From positions 14,136,001 through 14,200,000 of the forward strand of contig CM102286.1 of NCBI GenBank assembly GCA_046563655.1: a stretch of 64,000 nt of DNA, written 5' to 3'. Position numbers and translations under genes: made by a program. Below, one piece after another: positions 12,721-26,429 of this stretch; position 1 is the first letter of the stretch; each line of letters begins with the position of its first letter. Origin of the DNA: Yuukianura sp. NJ FZ-2021. Its lineage: Eukaryota. The notes under the pieces were generated by a model. The model was not told the origin of the DNA, searched no databases, and was given only the letters and a program-made list of their open reading frames with translations.

Positions 12721-13089
12721 CTGCAACAAATTTCTTTTTCTGCACGAAACAGATCCATGCCCAAGGTCAAATGGATCAAATTTAGAAGATCAACTCACAT
12801 TTGACCTCTAATTTTGCCCTTAACAACAATTCTGAGAAAATTAAATTGCACAATCAAAACATAAAGTCTTGTTTTAAACAGATTAACATTCCGCTGCAGC
12901 TACAACCTCATTGACTTTGTATGCAATTTAGACACAATGAAACACTTGAAGTTAATAAATTTTAATTAATTAATATAAGAATTTTAACGTAAAACCACAC
13001 ATTAAAGCTCATTTATTGAATTGCACAAGTTCACGAAATCATATGGATTTTTTGTATTTAAAATAATTAAGGCTGCTGGGATAATTTTA

Positions 13090-13170
13090 TAGTTTGTCCT
13101 ATAATTTCTGGCATAAGTTTTATAATTTCTGGCATAATTCCTATAATTTCTATAATTTCTGGCGTAACTT
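13090..13170. repeat. Short minisatellite (tataatttctggcataa-like units)
   Basis: 3-4 imperfect tandem copies. Confidence 0.7.
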
Positions 13171-13986
13171 GTAGTGGCAGTTTTTACTGAATTCCAGTTT
13201 GGTAACTTTTTTTTGTTGAAGGCAAAGTGACTCACACAGTTTTGTTTTGAAAGGCTGTTTTACAACGATTTGAAATTTGGTATCTTTCAAAATAGATTTT
13301 TAAAAAATCTGCAACATATTCATTTTTGGAGAGTTGAATACAAGAAGAACAAAATAATCTATGGCTGACTTTTTCAAAATTAGGAACTGTGTTTTGGAAC
13401 AGAATTTGAAAAACGAAAGTATTTTTTGTAGAATTTTGAAATCACTGAACTAATACTTTTGAATTTGAAACCATAAAACAGTAAGGGTATTGTGCTTTTG
13501 AAGTTTAGACTGTAGACATTTAAAGCATATTGACATTAGAAACATTTATGATTCTTACTTACTACAGAAATTAAATTTTAAACTTTGTTTTTTTTTTTGT
13601 ACATGTTTTAACTTTTTAAAATATTTTTAAAACAAGGCTGCCTTCTTGCATTGGACGTTTTGAAGAAAGAAATGGACAAATACTAATAACTCACTAACAC
13701 AACATGAATGCTATTTTGAGGAATTGACTAAACAGATGAAAAGCTAATCTCACTAAACATTATTTTCAATTTCGAAAAACGACTTTCACTAAAGCTTGAC
13801 ATTTTCTACTAGAAACGAATCTCACTCAACTTTTTTTTAAATTTTAAATTTTTGAAAGCAGAAAGCCTAAGCCAGATCTTTTTTTTTTAATTTCGAGAAA
13901 ATTCAAGGTTGTTCTAACTTTTTTCTGAAATTTTTGTTGTTTAGAGTTATAAAATGTTAACCTTTGACCTTGTGTGAGGTGTTTGT

Positions 13987-14226
13987 TCACAAAGGCTGTC
14001 TGGAGATGACGCCTGTGCCTGCGGCGGGGGCACTTGGATCAGGCTCCTCTCCGACATACTTGCAAGCATGACAAATATTGGCACAAATGCAGCCGCAGCA
14101 TATGCCCAGGAGGCAGTTGACCCCGCAGTCAGAGCCACACCCTCGTTTGTACCAAACGAAGCCCCAAGACCAGCAGCACGCCGCTGCTTTTTCCCATTGC
14201 AAAACATCTTCCTTATCAGCAGGCAT
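13987..14226 (-). CDS. Small Cys-rich protein (79 aa), Pmp3/UPF0057-like proteolipid
   Basis: VWYKRGCGSDCGVNCLLGICCGCICANICHACKYV follows the Pmp3 pattern (VF.KRGCG.D..IN.LL.....P..IHA.Y). Splice acceptor just upstream of the ATG. Confidence 0.7.
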   Translation of the reverse strand: MPADKEDVLQWEKAAACCWSWGFVWYKRGCGSDCGVNCLLGICCGCICANICHACKYVGEEPDPSAPAAGTGVISRQPL

Positions 14227-14266
14227 CTTCTGAAATTTCAAAAAAGTTTAAAAAATTTCTAGAAAT

Positions 14267-14509
14267 CAAGGTTTGTTGACTTTGACTTTCTTTAACAGAT
14301 TGGGTATTACCTCATGCTATTTCGATTTTGCAACTTTTCATTTCAGTGTATCGTAGTCATAACAATACAGCCAATTGTTTAAATTTTGCATATGAATTGG
14401 TACCAATTTTTGCGACTGGTAGACTTTTTTTTTCTCACTATCTTGTCAACAAGTGAGGTAGTACTCAACCTGTTAAGGAAAATTAACTTTGCTTTGGCAA
14501 GGGACCTTG
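14267..14509. mobile_element. P-like MITE
   Basis: caaggtttg...gaccttg with flanks ctagaaat / ctagcaat (7/8 TSD). Confidence 0.85.
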
Positions 14510-16195
14510 CTAGCAATTTTCAAAATTGACTTTTAACAACTCCACGAAATATGCATACTTTAAATATTAATGTACTCTTTAAATATTTCAACCTCCCAAT
14601 AGCAGGTGAAAGTTGTATCCATGCTTTATACTAAAGCAAATGATATTTTAAGATTTGAATTTTTGAAAATAGCATTTTTTTAATTTTCAAAATTTTGAAA
14701 CTTGCAAACTTACGTTTAAGTAACACAATTGGTAGTATCAGCGATGTGATTTTTTCGTGTCCGTAGAATAGTTGCAAATGCGTGACTGAATTTTTTGGCA
14801 AAAGTTGGTAGATTCAACCACGGAATTTTTTGGTTTTTTAAAAAAGCTTGTTGATTCTGTATAAGTTGTTTGAAAGTCCACCTCTCCTGTTTGTTCTACA
14901 CGCACAGTTTCCTCTTTCTATACTAAAAATCCACCTCTTTTGGAAAACGCCCAACCAACTTTACTAAAACTAGAACGCGAAGTGAACAACGTTGCGTCTG
15001 GAGGAGAACTTTGCACAGGCGCAGCTCAAAAATATTTTTGCAAGGTCTCTACTTTTTTCTAAGCTTTCATGTGTGTCGTCAATACTGCCCTACTTAGACA
15101 AAGCACGAAAAGATCTTCTTAGTAGGATGGAACAGGAAGAATCTACAATTTTAGTACTTTGAAAAAAAAAATGAAAGGTTTGTTTCTATTGTTGGAGTTT
15201 TGCAAGTTGCAAAATTTACGATTTCCAAATGTCATGCAACAAAAACAATTTTTTTGTGCGGTTTACGACTAGGGCCGATGCGGGGTTCGAGATTTTGCAA
15301 TGATTTGGGAGTTTAAGCTCTTCTTGAACTTGTGTGTACTTTTGGGCGATACTGTACACTGAAGGGGGAACTTATATTTGGTTGTTCAAAACACATTCCA
15401 CATGCGTAAGAAGTGCTTCTGGTGAAGTGCTGTTTTTCTGTTCACTTCTTAGAAGTGAAAAAAAGTTTAAGGAAAAAAAAGAAAATTGATCTGGTGCTTT
15501 CAAATTACTGAAAGATTCATGGCCACCAAAATTAAAAATGTACAGCATGTTTCACAAGTATTAGAGGAGATTTGAATTTTAAACTTGCAGAACTTACAGA
15601 TCTAATTATAAAAAAGTTTTGTATGTTTTTATTACATTTTACGTTTTTACAATTTTTTTTTGCAATTTCAACGTGTGACTCAACAAAATACTTTACAAAT
15701 GAAAACAAACAAAATGCTTATTTAATACTCACGATGATAAAAATTTGTTTTTGAAGAAAAAACAAAACAAAAACAAATTCATGGTCAAATCAAAAAGTGT
15801 GGAGCATAAATTTAAACTTTTCATAAAAAATGAAAAATTCTTCGATTCTTACGTAATTTTTGCTAACTAGAAGTTTTTAATTAGAGCATTTCAGTGTACT
15901 AGGTCGACGGAAAATTAATTGTTGAAAATTCTTACACCGTTGACGTCTAAAACGTCTGTTTGTGCATAATATTTCAAAATTAACCATAATTTTGTTATGC
16001 ATAAGATTATTCTCATAATTAACAATTTTATCAAATTTGTTCCAAAAAATTCTCAACAGTCAAGTACTGACACAGAATCTAGAACATCACAAACTAAAAC
16101 CTTCCGCAAAACGTGTTTAAAGTAAAAGTTTAAGTCAGAGTCTTCAAAAGTTTAAGTTCGGCGTTGACCTTTGACCTCGCTGCTTCAGATTCAAA

Positions 16196-19100
16196 ATGGA
16201 CTTGTTAAAAACTGAAATGGATTCTGAAAATTTGGCACATTTGTTCAATTGGCCTGAATATTTGGTGTTTGGAGTAGTTCTGGCCTTGTCTATGGCTATT
16301 GGCGTCTTCTACGGTTTTTGTCATACACAAACCAATGAGGAGTTTTTGATGGCAGGACGCCAAATGTCTGTTTTCCCTGTAACACTTTCCATTATATGCA
16401 GGTAATTCAGGAAAAGTAATTACATGTAATTACAAGTAATTCGTAATTACATAAAATGTAATTCGGTTTGGTTTTAGTTTTATAAGTGCACTTACTTTCC
16501 TGGGAATTCCACTAGAAGTTTATTTGTACGGCGTTGTTACAAGCAGTATAATGTTGACTGGAATTCCGCTTTCACTTGCCATTGCCTATGTGTACCTTCC
16601 TGTATTTTATGAACTTCAACTTACATCGGCTTACCAAGTAAAATTTTCAAAAAATGAAATTTTTGAAAAAAATTAATATTTTATTATATATAAATATAAA
16701 TTATTAATACTTAGTACGTGGAGTATAGATTCAGTCGTCCAGCACGTTTGGTCATCTCTGTAACTGCCATTATTCATTTGGTATTCACTCTATAACTAAA
16801 TTTATACTAAATTTTTATCTCATAAATATTCATAAAAATAATAATCTACATGAATTTTTTTTTCATAAAGCTTTTGTACATGCCTTTAACAATATGGGGA
16901 CCGTCGTTGGCATTGGATCAAGGTTAGGTTCAAAGTTGCTATAACAACGAAATAGTTTTCCTTTAACAGGTTAGGCAAGAAGTCCTATTTTCGAAAAAGC
17001 TTGAGTCAAACCAAGGTAAATAGAATACTACTAGGTAGTGCGAATGGGAACTTTGTTTGGTTGCCATGTCAAAAAAAATGACGTCACTCGCTGAAAAATA
17101 CCGGAATTCTGCTCATTATTGATGGTGTCCTATAGAAACCCGTAAGACACATTTTGTTTACATAGATGCCAGCGGGTTCTATTTTCACGATTACGGTATT
17201 TTTTCAGCGGGTGACGTCACAAACAAAAATTGCGTTGGTTGCTATGGTCGCCATTTGCAGGGGGCTGGAGTCAAACAATTTTGTATACCTTTTTTGTTTT
17301 TTCCACTTTTTACTTTGAATTTGCCAATTCAAAAGCCATCTTTCTGAATTTTTTTAATTCCGTTCACCATACCAACCGCGATCGAAACTAGATGTATTCA
17401 ACTTTGAAAAGTTTTCGCAGAAAACTTAAAACTTGAGTTATTGCCTAACCTGTTAAAGAAAAAGTATTTCTTAGTTTATCCACGTTGACCACGTTGATTA
17501 TGTTAATCACAGCATTTTTCTGATTTAGTTGCTGGAATTGATAAATACTGGACATCGATCATTATATTTCTGGTGTGCATTGCTTACTCATCAATGGTAA
17601 TGCCAATCACAAACTCAAAACTGTCAAAAATGTTACTAGTTGTGAAAAATATTTAAATAGTTAAATATATTTTGAATGTTAGGGTGGATTAAAAGCCGTT
17701 GTTTGGTCGGATGTACTGCAAGGAGTCATAATGTTTGCAGCAATGTTTACAATTATAATTTTCGGAGTGAATGAAGTTGGAGGAATTGGCGTAGTTTGGG
17801 AAAAAGCTTCACTTGGAGGACGACTAAATTTTGACAAGTAAAAAGTATTTAGAAAAATACTTTCTCCAAAACAGAAATTTTGATTTTTTTTTTAATTTTT
17901 GATTAGTTTTGATCCGGATTATCGAACGAGATATAGCGGCTGGACAGGGCTGTTCGGTGGATTTTTTATTTGGCTTCAGCTTTACTGTGCAACGCAAGCG
18001 CAGATCCAGCGATATCTCTCTGTCCGCACGTTCTCGGATTCAAAAAAGTTTGAACAAAATTTTGGAAATTTTGAAAACTGTGTTGAACTTTTTTGATTTA
18101 CGGATTTTGTTTAGGTGTATGTTCTACAACATGGCTGGACTTTTTTTGATTAACATTTTATGCGGCTTCATTGGCCTAATTCTGTTTGCCAAGTATCATG
18201 ACTGTGATCCAATTTCTACAAAAGTGAGTTTACAGTAACCAAGGTTCTTTGGCAACGAAAAATGAATTTTCTTTGACAGGTTGGGTACTACCTCGCTTTT
18301 GACAAAAAAAAACTAAAGAAACATAAATTGTTACCCATCCAAAAAAAATGGGTACCAATTCATATCCAAAATTTAAAAACATACGTCTGTATTGTTATGA
18401 CTACGATGTTCTGAAATGAAAATACACTTTCTTTTTGCACTCTCAAAAAACCATGAGGTATTACCCAACCTGTTAAAGAAAATTAAAGTCAACAAACCTT
18501 GGCAGTAACAAACTTTTAGAAAACTTAAAATTTTTTGAAGAAATTAAAAAATTTGTATTAATAAAATGAATTTAATTACTTTCAGAAAGTGATGTCTGGC
18601 GACCAACTACTTCCGTTTTTTGTGATGGATGTTTTAGGAAAAATTCCAGGTCTTCCGGGACTCATGGTGGCTGGAATCACTTGTGGTAGTTTGAGGTATC
18701 TATTAAGTTTTAATCAACCAGTTAATTAGTTGTATTAATTAGTTAATTTATTAAATTTTAGTTCAGTTTCCAGTGCTCTCAATGCTCTTCCGGCAATAAT
18801 CGTGGAAGATTTTGTGAAACCTTGGCATCCAAATCTTTCTGACAAGCAGCTTAGTCTTGCTTCCAAAATAATTTCACTAGTCGGCGGCCTTATCAGCTTC
18901 GCTCTAATTTTCGTAATAGCTAACGTTGGCGGAATTTTTTCGGTATTCAAGAAAAAATTTCAAAAAAACTATTTTTTTTCGGAATTAAGAGAAATTTTAA
19001 CTTTTCAGTTTGCCTATCAAGTCCACGGAACTTTCCTGGGACCGATTGTTGGAATATTTACATTAGGAATGTTTTTTCCATGGGCAAATGCTTGGGTAAT

Positions 19101-19642
19101 AGTTCTAAACAAAAAAGATAGCGAAGATGAAGTAACTTTTCAAAAATTTCCAGAAATTTTTGACTAATTTTTTGTAAAATTTTGAACAGGGTTCGATGCT
19201 CGGCATCATTCCATCACTGGCCATAACTCTGTTCATTGGCATTGGATCTGTTGTGGCGGGAAATGCTGGACGACTGCCCAATCAAAAGTTGCCGCTAGAC
19301 ACTTTCTGTTTTCAAAATCAAAGCGCGGGAAATTTTGATTTCATTAGAAGACCAAATCTGAATTGGAAAATGCAGGAACTGGAGGGAGTGGACAAAATAT
19401 TTGGAATGTCTTACCAATGGCTTGCTGGAATCACTACAATAAGCACTGTAGTTTTTGGATTAATCTTCAGTTTGCTAATTAACATCTCCCGTTCAAAAAG
19501 CGCTAAAATTCAGAGAGTTAATTCAAAGTATCTGAGTCCTCCGATACTTAAACTTTGGAATCTCGTGTTACCTGCTAAACTAGTTCAAGATTGGGTGGAT
19601 TTTGATGTCAAAGATTCCAAAACCTCAAGCATCAAAACATGA
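16196..19642 (+). CDS. Sodium/solute symporter, SLC5 (SMCT/SMVT-like), ~12 exons
   Basis: EEFLMAGRQMSVFPVTLS, GGLKAVVWSDVLQ, QAQIQRYLS, YHDCDP, DQLLPFFVMD, PGLPGL, SSVSSALNA, GPIVGIFTLGMFFPWAN. Confidence 0.95.
16931..17496. mobile_element. P-like MITE in an SLC5 intron, carrying a nested element
   Basis: Homologous to 43314-43640. Flanks gttaggtt / attatgtt (6/8). Confidence 0.8.
17012..17268. mobile_element. Nested CAAGG-starting MITE
   Basis: Perfect 8-bp TSD agtcaaac. Internal inverted repeat tgacgtcac...ctgaaaaataccg. Empty site visible in the sister host near 43398. Confidence 0.88.
18240..18501. mobile_element. P-like MITE in an SLC5 intron
   Basis: caaggtt...aaccttg, flanks acagtaac / gcagtaac. 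Reverse-orientation relative of the 14267 and 44544 copies. Confidence 0.88.
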
Positions 19643-21136
19643 AATATTCACAACTGATTTTGAAGTTCACATTACTTTAATTTTCACATTAATTTCACAT
19701 TATGAGTCTCTGTTTTTTTTGTTCCAAATGTTTCTCAAATGGCAAAATTTTTGAAATGAAAATGGTAAAAAATTGATATATTTACTTTGAACTAGTAATT
19801 CTTTTCCTCTCAATGTCGTATAACCTGTGCAAATTTTTGAATTTGAACCCAAGCAATACAGAAACAATCAATTTTACTTTGTGGTTTAAAATTTTGGTAG
19901 AATAGATTACTCGTAAGTAAGCGTGTTTGTTAGTTATGAACAACAGCAATGTTTCTTAAATCTCTAAAAGTGATTCAGTTAAACGGTTCCAGAGAAAAAG
20001 AGCTTCTTCAGAATAAATCATCAATGTAAATTTCATCTTTCAAAATTCTGAGTTTCGCAAAACGAAACAAAATGTTTATGGTAGCAATTCCACCAGGGCA
20101 CAGAGGAAAATTTTCCCGAAATCTTAGACAACTTTTTTTTATTGTATTTTTTTGAAGAATCCTATTGATTACATCTAATTTTGAACTAGAAATGCGAAAA
20201 AAAATTCACCCCGCGTGATTTTTCTCCGAAAAACCGAAAAATCCGAAATTCGGATATTTCGGACTTCTAGCAAATTTTCTTCGTGTTTCTCAATGTTCGC
20301 CGATGAAAAAGTGCTAAGTTTCAATTTTCAGGTTAATATGATAACAGATGACGGAGTTAGCATGTCATTTTAACCGATTTTTCGGGGGCAACTTTGAGAC
20401 GGTCTCGCGGGTTATCCAGGAGCCGGAGCGATGAACGCAAGGTAGCGTTGGAAAGCTATCAGATTGAAGGATTATAAAAATCTCTCATGAATTTTACAGA
20501 GAAAATCCCATGTCAAAATAAACAGTTTCCGGGAGGTTAGGGAGGTACTTTGCCTGAATGCATGAACAATTTTTTATTAAAAATAAGCAAAAAAAATGCA
20601 TGCAAAAGCATGCAAATACTTCAAATTTTATGTGTAAGCAGATTGTGCGACAATAACAGGTACTTGGAACATGGGCTTAAAGCTCAGATGAAATCGGTTT
20701 TTTTGCCTCTTTGAGCCTCTTTGGATTTGCTTCAAAAATTTTGTTTAAAAAATGCCTAATGTCCACTCTAGTTACAAGAAAAAAACGCCAAATCGTCTTG
20801 ACAACTCTATGGTTTAATCCGGAATAAAGAATTGTAATTGTAAGGTTTTTACTACAATGGATGATTACTATTGTAGAATTTCATCATTCAAAATTCTGAG
20901 TTTTGCAAAACCATGGAAAAGGTAGGAAAAAAAGTGTTTAGTTGCAGCACTTCTTTGTGAAACAAGGTGTGTTTTTATGGACAATAAAATAAAAATGTTA
21001 CTGTAAAATTTTGCATTTTTAGTATCCAACTGCATTTAACAACTTGGGATTTTCAGTGTTCCGAAAATTTTGTTTCGCAAACATCATCTGTAGTGTCGAA
21101 AAGTTTTTCATAGTTTTGTAAAAAGTACGTTTTGCA

Positions 21137-23176
21137 ATGGTTAGTTCCAAATGTAATGGTAAGAGTGGCACTTTTGAAGAAATTTTGGAAGAAATTGGTA
21201 AGAAAATTACTTTCTAGGACTTACAGCGATTTTCAAAAACTTAGAAACTTTGATAAGAAATTGATTTTCTGTGTGTCTCTTTTCACAATTTTCAGGCGGA
21301 TTTGGAAAATTTCAGTTGTTGATGTTAGTGATTGTGCTTGGTTTGGAGCTTCCTGTGGCGTCTATTGGATTCATTACGGTATTCACTGGAGTATTTCCAG
21401 ACTACTGGTATTGCAATGGAGAAAAAATTCAAAAAACAAAAATTTGCGAATGCAACGGAACACTGTCAACTCCCTCTCCATTTAATTCTGTAGTTGAAGA
21501 GGTAATACACAAAGAACAAATTTTTAATTCAAATTTTGAAAAATGACATTTCGAAAAACAAATTTCAGTGGAACCTTGTATGCAGCTATGGATGGGTCTC
21601 AGATATGATAAACAGCGTTCAGATGATTGGAATGATTTTTGGCGCTCTCTGTTCTTCCCAGTTTGCTGATTGGTTGGAAAATTTTGCTTTTAAATTCCTT
21701 TTCAATTTTGAAAAGTTTGTTTAATTTTTTTTTTCAAATTTGGTGGGCATATAGGTATGGACGAAAGTATTCTACGCTCAGTTCTGCTTTGTTTCTAGGA
21801 CTCGGTTCTATATTTTCAGCAATTGCTCCGAATCCATACATTTATGCATTCGGAAGGGTTGTGTGCGGCGCAGGATTCTCTTCAGTTTTGAATCTTTCTG
21901 GAATTTATGCCATGGAGTTTTTACCAATCCGACGTCGATCGCTTTGCACATGCGCAGGACCGTACGGTTGGGCAGTCATGCTCCTAGCAATTGTTGCTTA
22001 CTATGTCAGACCATGGAGAACACTAGCTTGGATCACCACTTCACCTCTTCTCATATTCTGTCCACTTCTACTCATGTAGTTTCAAAATTTAAACAAAAAT
22101 TTGAAATTTTCATTTTTTTTGTATTTTTGAATTTATTTTTTTAGATTTGTACCAGAAAGCCCACGATTTTTGATTCGTCAAGGAAAGTTAGAAAAAGCAA
22201 CAAAAGTTTTGAATTTCATAGCGAAAATGAACGGTCGGCAAGAAATAGAGTTGTGCGTAGTTCAAAAAATTGCAGCTCAAGAACAAACCGGGGTCACAGC
22301 TTCATCTGAAGTTCGTGCTTCATATTTTGACCTCTTCCGCCAACGTGACCTCCGATCTAAAACTATTTGTCTCGCTTTCATATGGTTTTCATGGGGCCTA
22401 GTCTACTACGGACTCTACTTTAACATTAAAAACATTCCTGGGAACTTATATGTCGGCGCAATGTGCATGGGCCTGGCAGACGCCATTGGTTTCCCCTCGG
22501 CACTCCTCATAATGGACAGATTTGGACGGCGGAAGTCTGTCGTGGTTGCCATGACACTAAGTGCTGTTGTCATGGTTACGCTGGCTGGGATGCAGTTATT
22601 CCTGGATATTAACTCTATCCCAATAGTCGTCATGGTGACTTGTACTTTGGGCAAATTTTTCTTAGCAGTTGGTAGAAGTGCAGTGAAATGTTTTACTGGA
22701 GAGTCGTATCCAACTGACATCAGAAGCATAGGTAACTTTTTTAAAAAATTCCAAATTTTGAATTTTAAGAAATCGGAAATTTTAAATTTTGATTTTTAGG
22801 AATGGGAGTTTGCAGTGTTGCAATTGCATTAGGAGGAGCACTTTGTCCACAAGTCGTTTTCTGGGGCTCATGTAAGCTTGTAGTTTCTTTTTTTCGTAAA
22901 AATTACGTTTTGGTTTTCAAAAATTTTGACCAGTTTTTTGGAATTGTTGTTTTCTTTTTGACAGTCGAACCTTGTGTTCCGTTTCTGGCTTTTGCAGTTG
23001 TCGGATTAGGTGGCTCCTTCTTTTCGTTTTTCATTACAGAAACTTCTGGAAAGCCTCTGGAAGAATCCATTTCCAAAAAATTAGTCAGCGTGATAGCATC
23101 ATTAATAGTTCGAAGTTTTTACCGAGTTAAAACATCAACCAGCAACTTCAAATTAACAAGTAATTTTTTCAACTAA
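21137..23176 (+). CDS. SLC22/organic cation transporter-like MFS protein, copy 1
   Basis: GGFGKFQ, EWNLVC, D.YGRK, PESPRF, DRFGRR, ESYPTDIR, ETSGKPL motifs across GT-AG exons. Confidence 0.93.
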
Positions 23177-23583
23177 CATACATATAAACATGTTATGATT
23201 ACATCAGACAAATAAAATTTTTTAATGAAATTCAAAATTTTGTAGTGCTTTTTGATTTCTAATTTTTTAGCGTGATAACTACGTGCCTCTCGAAAGAAAT
23301 TCCTCGTGACGCAAAAGTCCGAAACGAAACTTGCTTATATGAATTAATTTTTTTTACATAAAAACTTTCCATGTCAAAGTTGAGTTTCAACTGGTTTTGA
23401 ATTTCCAAATGAATATTTTTTTGAAAAGATTAAGAAAAAAAAGTTTAAATGGAAATACAAGAGTTTATCAGTGGCATAACAAACATCCACTTAAGCGTCC
23501 TAAACGGAAATTGCTTTCTGTAATGATATTTTAAACGGAAATTTAGTCAACTCAATTCAGTCGTCTGCTTAACAACTTCCAGA

Positions 23584-26016
23584 ATGGTAAAAGATTTTGA
23601 AGACATTTTAGAAAAAACTGGTACGTCAAATTTTAAAAATGGGGAAAAAAAGATTCCAACAAACTTTAATCATTTTCCATAAAATTTTGTTGTTGTTTTT
23701 CTATTTTTAGGTGGCTTTGGGAAATTTCAGATTTTGGTATTAGTCATTGTTCTTGGTTTCGAAATTCCAGCGGCTTTTATTGGATTTATTCCAGTTTTTA
23801 CTGGAATACTTCCAGAGTACTGGATTTGTGATGGCGTCGAAATTCCAAAAACAGAAGCATGCAGTTGCAACGGTACTCTGACTGCACCTACCCCTTATAC
23901 ATCAGTTGTCGCAGAGGTAAATTTTTCAAAAAAGTTGAATACAAAAAAATTTTGACAAATTTTGACAAAATTTTTACAGTGGAACCTCGTCTGTGACTAT
24001 TCCTGGGTTTCTGATAGCTTCAACAGTGCTCAAATGATGGGGATGCTAATCGGTGTTATTTCGACTTCCCAAATTTGTGACTTGTTAGAAATATTTTTTA
24101 TTTTACTTTTCTTGAACTTTGAAAAAAAAATAGTTTTTCTTGAAATGTTAAGAAAAAGTTTAAGTGTTTAACATTAAATGTGCTGCATTTGGTGGGAATT
24201 TTTTTCAGGTATGGCAGAAAGTACACGACGTTTGGTACCGGAGTTGCTATTGGACTTGGTTCGATTCTTTCCGGCATTGCTCCGAATGCGTACGTTTAGG
24301 ATAATTTGCGGCGCAGCATTCTCCGCTCTATTAAATGTTTCCTGTATCTACTCCATGGAGTTTCTGACAGCCAATAGGAGAATGTGGTGCTCATGCGCAG
24401 GACCATACGGTTGGGCTACCATGGTCCTTGCGTTCATTGCTTACTTTGCTAGACCGTGGCGTACTTTGGTCTGGATCACAACATCACCTCTACTCATCTT
24501 TTGCCCACTTTTACTAATGTAACGCAAGCAAAAATTTTGAAAATTTCCAAAAATTGTACTTTTTTTTGCATTTTGTTTAATTTTAGGTTCATTCCAGAAA
24601 GTCCGAGATTTTTGATGCGGAAAGGCAGGCTGGAAGAGGCAACAGAAGCGATAAATTACATCGCAAGGTTCAACGGCTGTGAAGAAGTTGATGCCAAAGT
24701 GATACACCAAATCGCCGAAAAAGAGCAAGGGGAATCCAGCAACAGCGGAACAAGCTGCCTGGACTTGTTTCGACGAAGTGACTTGCTCAGGATAACACTT
24801 TGCTTTGGCACATTTTGGTTTTCATGGTCACTTGTATATTTTGGTCTTTACTTTAATATCAAAAACCTGCCTGGAGACATTTACGTCAGTGCAATGTGCT
24901 TGGGCGTGTCGGATGTTATCGGTATTCCCGCGGCAGCACTTATCATGGACAGGTTAGACTAATTCCTTCAACACCATTACGCAAACAACTCATTTGTAAA
25001 CAAAGTTTTCAAATACAGTCGAAACTCTCATTTCGCAACACGCTCTGATTGGTTGGTTTAGAAAAAATCAATGGTACCCTGAAGCTTTAAATTTGAACAC
25101 ATCTGAAATATTTTACTACAGAAAGTACCTTGTTTTGTGTTAAAATAAGTGCCTCACAGAGAATTCATAAGATTCTGTAAAATTCCTATGTTATGAGAGG
25201 CGGGGCTAAAAGTTGCACAATGAGAGGTTCGACTGTACTTTCAAAAAATGTTTAGTTTAGACTTGGTAGGTTTACCTGAATGGTTTTGACTTGTTTTGTA
25301 TTGATGGATTTCATGTTTATGTGATTCTGTGTTGATGTAATGATGTTTATGTATTAGGTGTGGCCGAAGACGATCAGTGGTGATGACGATGTCATTTGCC
25401 TCGACTGTTCTTGTTGTGCTAGCTGGACTCCAGCTAGCTTTGGATCTCCAGTCATTGCCAATTGTCATCTTGGTATTATGTACTGTTGCTAAATTCTTCT
25501 TGGCTATGGGTCGAAGTGCAGGAAAATGTTTTACAGCCGAATCGTATCCAACGGACATTCGTACTATTGGTGAGCACCGAAAAATTTGAATTATGAGAAA
25601 ACAATTTGGTAAAAAATTTTTCGAAAAAAACTCTAATTTCTTGTTTTGTTTTTATTCAAACAGGGTGTGGATTTTGTGGAATAACGTCAGGAATAGGAGG
25701 TGCCATTTGTCCACAAATTGTTTATGCTGGAACACGTTAGTTTACACTATTTTTTTTAAACATTCAAAATGTGTTCAAATTTTTCATAATTTCATTTTCA
25801 GTTCAACCTTCCGTGCCGTTTTTTGTTTTTGCTGGAATCGGAGTTGGTGGCTCCATCTTTTCTCTGTTTATCACTGAAACTTCAGGAAGGCCATTACAGG
25901 AATCAATTGCACGGAAACTGAGTCGACGCATAAGCATCATCAGCTCCAAGTTTTTACCAACGCTTAAGGAAAATCATAAGGAAAACTTGCACAGTATTGG
26001 TGAAAATCGGAGCTAG
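23584..26016 (+). pseudogene. SLC22-like transporter copy 2, frameshifted
   Basis: Full exon set, but an 11-nt deletion relative to copy 3 gives an in-frame TAG at 24297-24299. Confidence 0.75.
25016..25235. mobile_element. Tc1/mariner-pogo-type MITE, TA TSD
   Basis: ta|cagtcgaaactctcatt ... aatgagaggttcgactg|ta inverted termini. Confidence 0.88.
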
Positions 26017-26429
26017 TTTTACATTTCAAATCTACCAATGTTAGGATAGCATCAGACAAACAATTTACTGATTGAGTTTTGAAATTTTTTGTGCATCTTG
26101 ATTTCTAATGCTCTCGCATCACAGCTTCGTGTATCTCAATAAAAATTCCACGTGACTGCAAAGTTAAAAAACAAAAGTTACTGATTGAATTAATTTTTTA
26201 GCATAAATACTTTTCAGTGTCAAAATTGAGTTTTAACTGGTTTTGAATTTGAAGATGAACATTCTTTTAAAAAGATGAAGAAATAATGTTTAAATGGAGA
26301 TGCAAGAGTTTATCAGTGGCATAACTTTAAGATCCACTTAAACGTCGTCAACAGAAATTCCTTTCTTTAATAGTATTTTAAACGGAAATTTAGTCAACTC
26401 AATTCATTTGTCTACTAACATCTTTCAAA

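Noticed and set aside
20090..20560. Possible further MITE
   Set aside because: Repeat-like composition, but I could not define convincing TIRs or a TSD.
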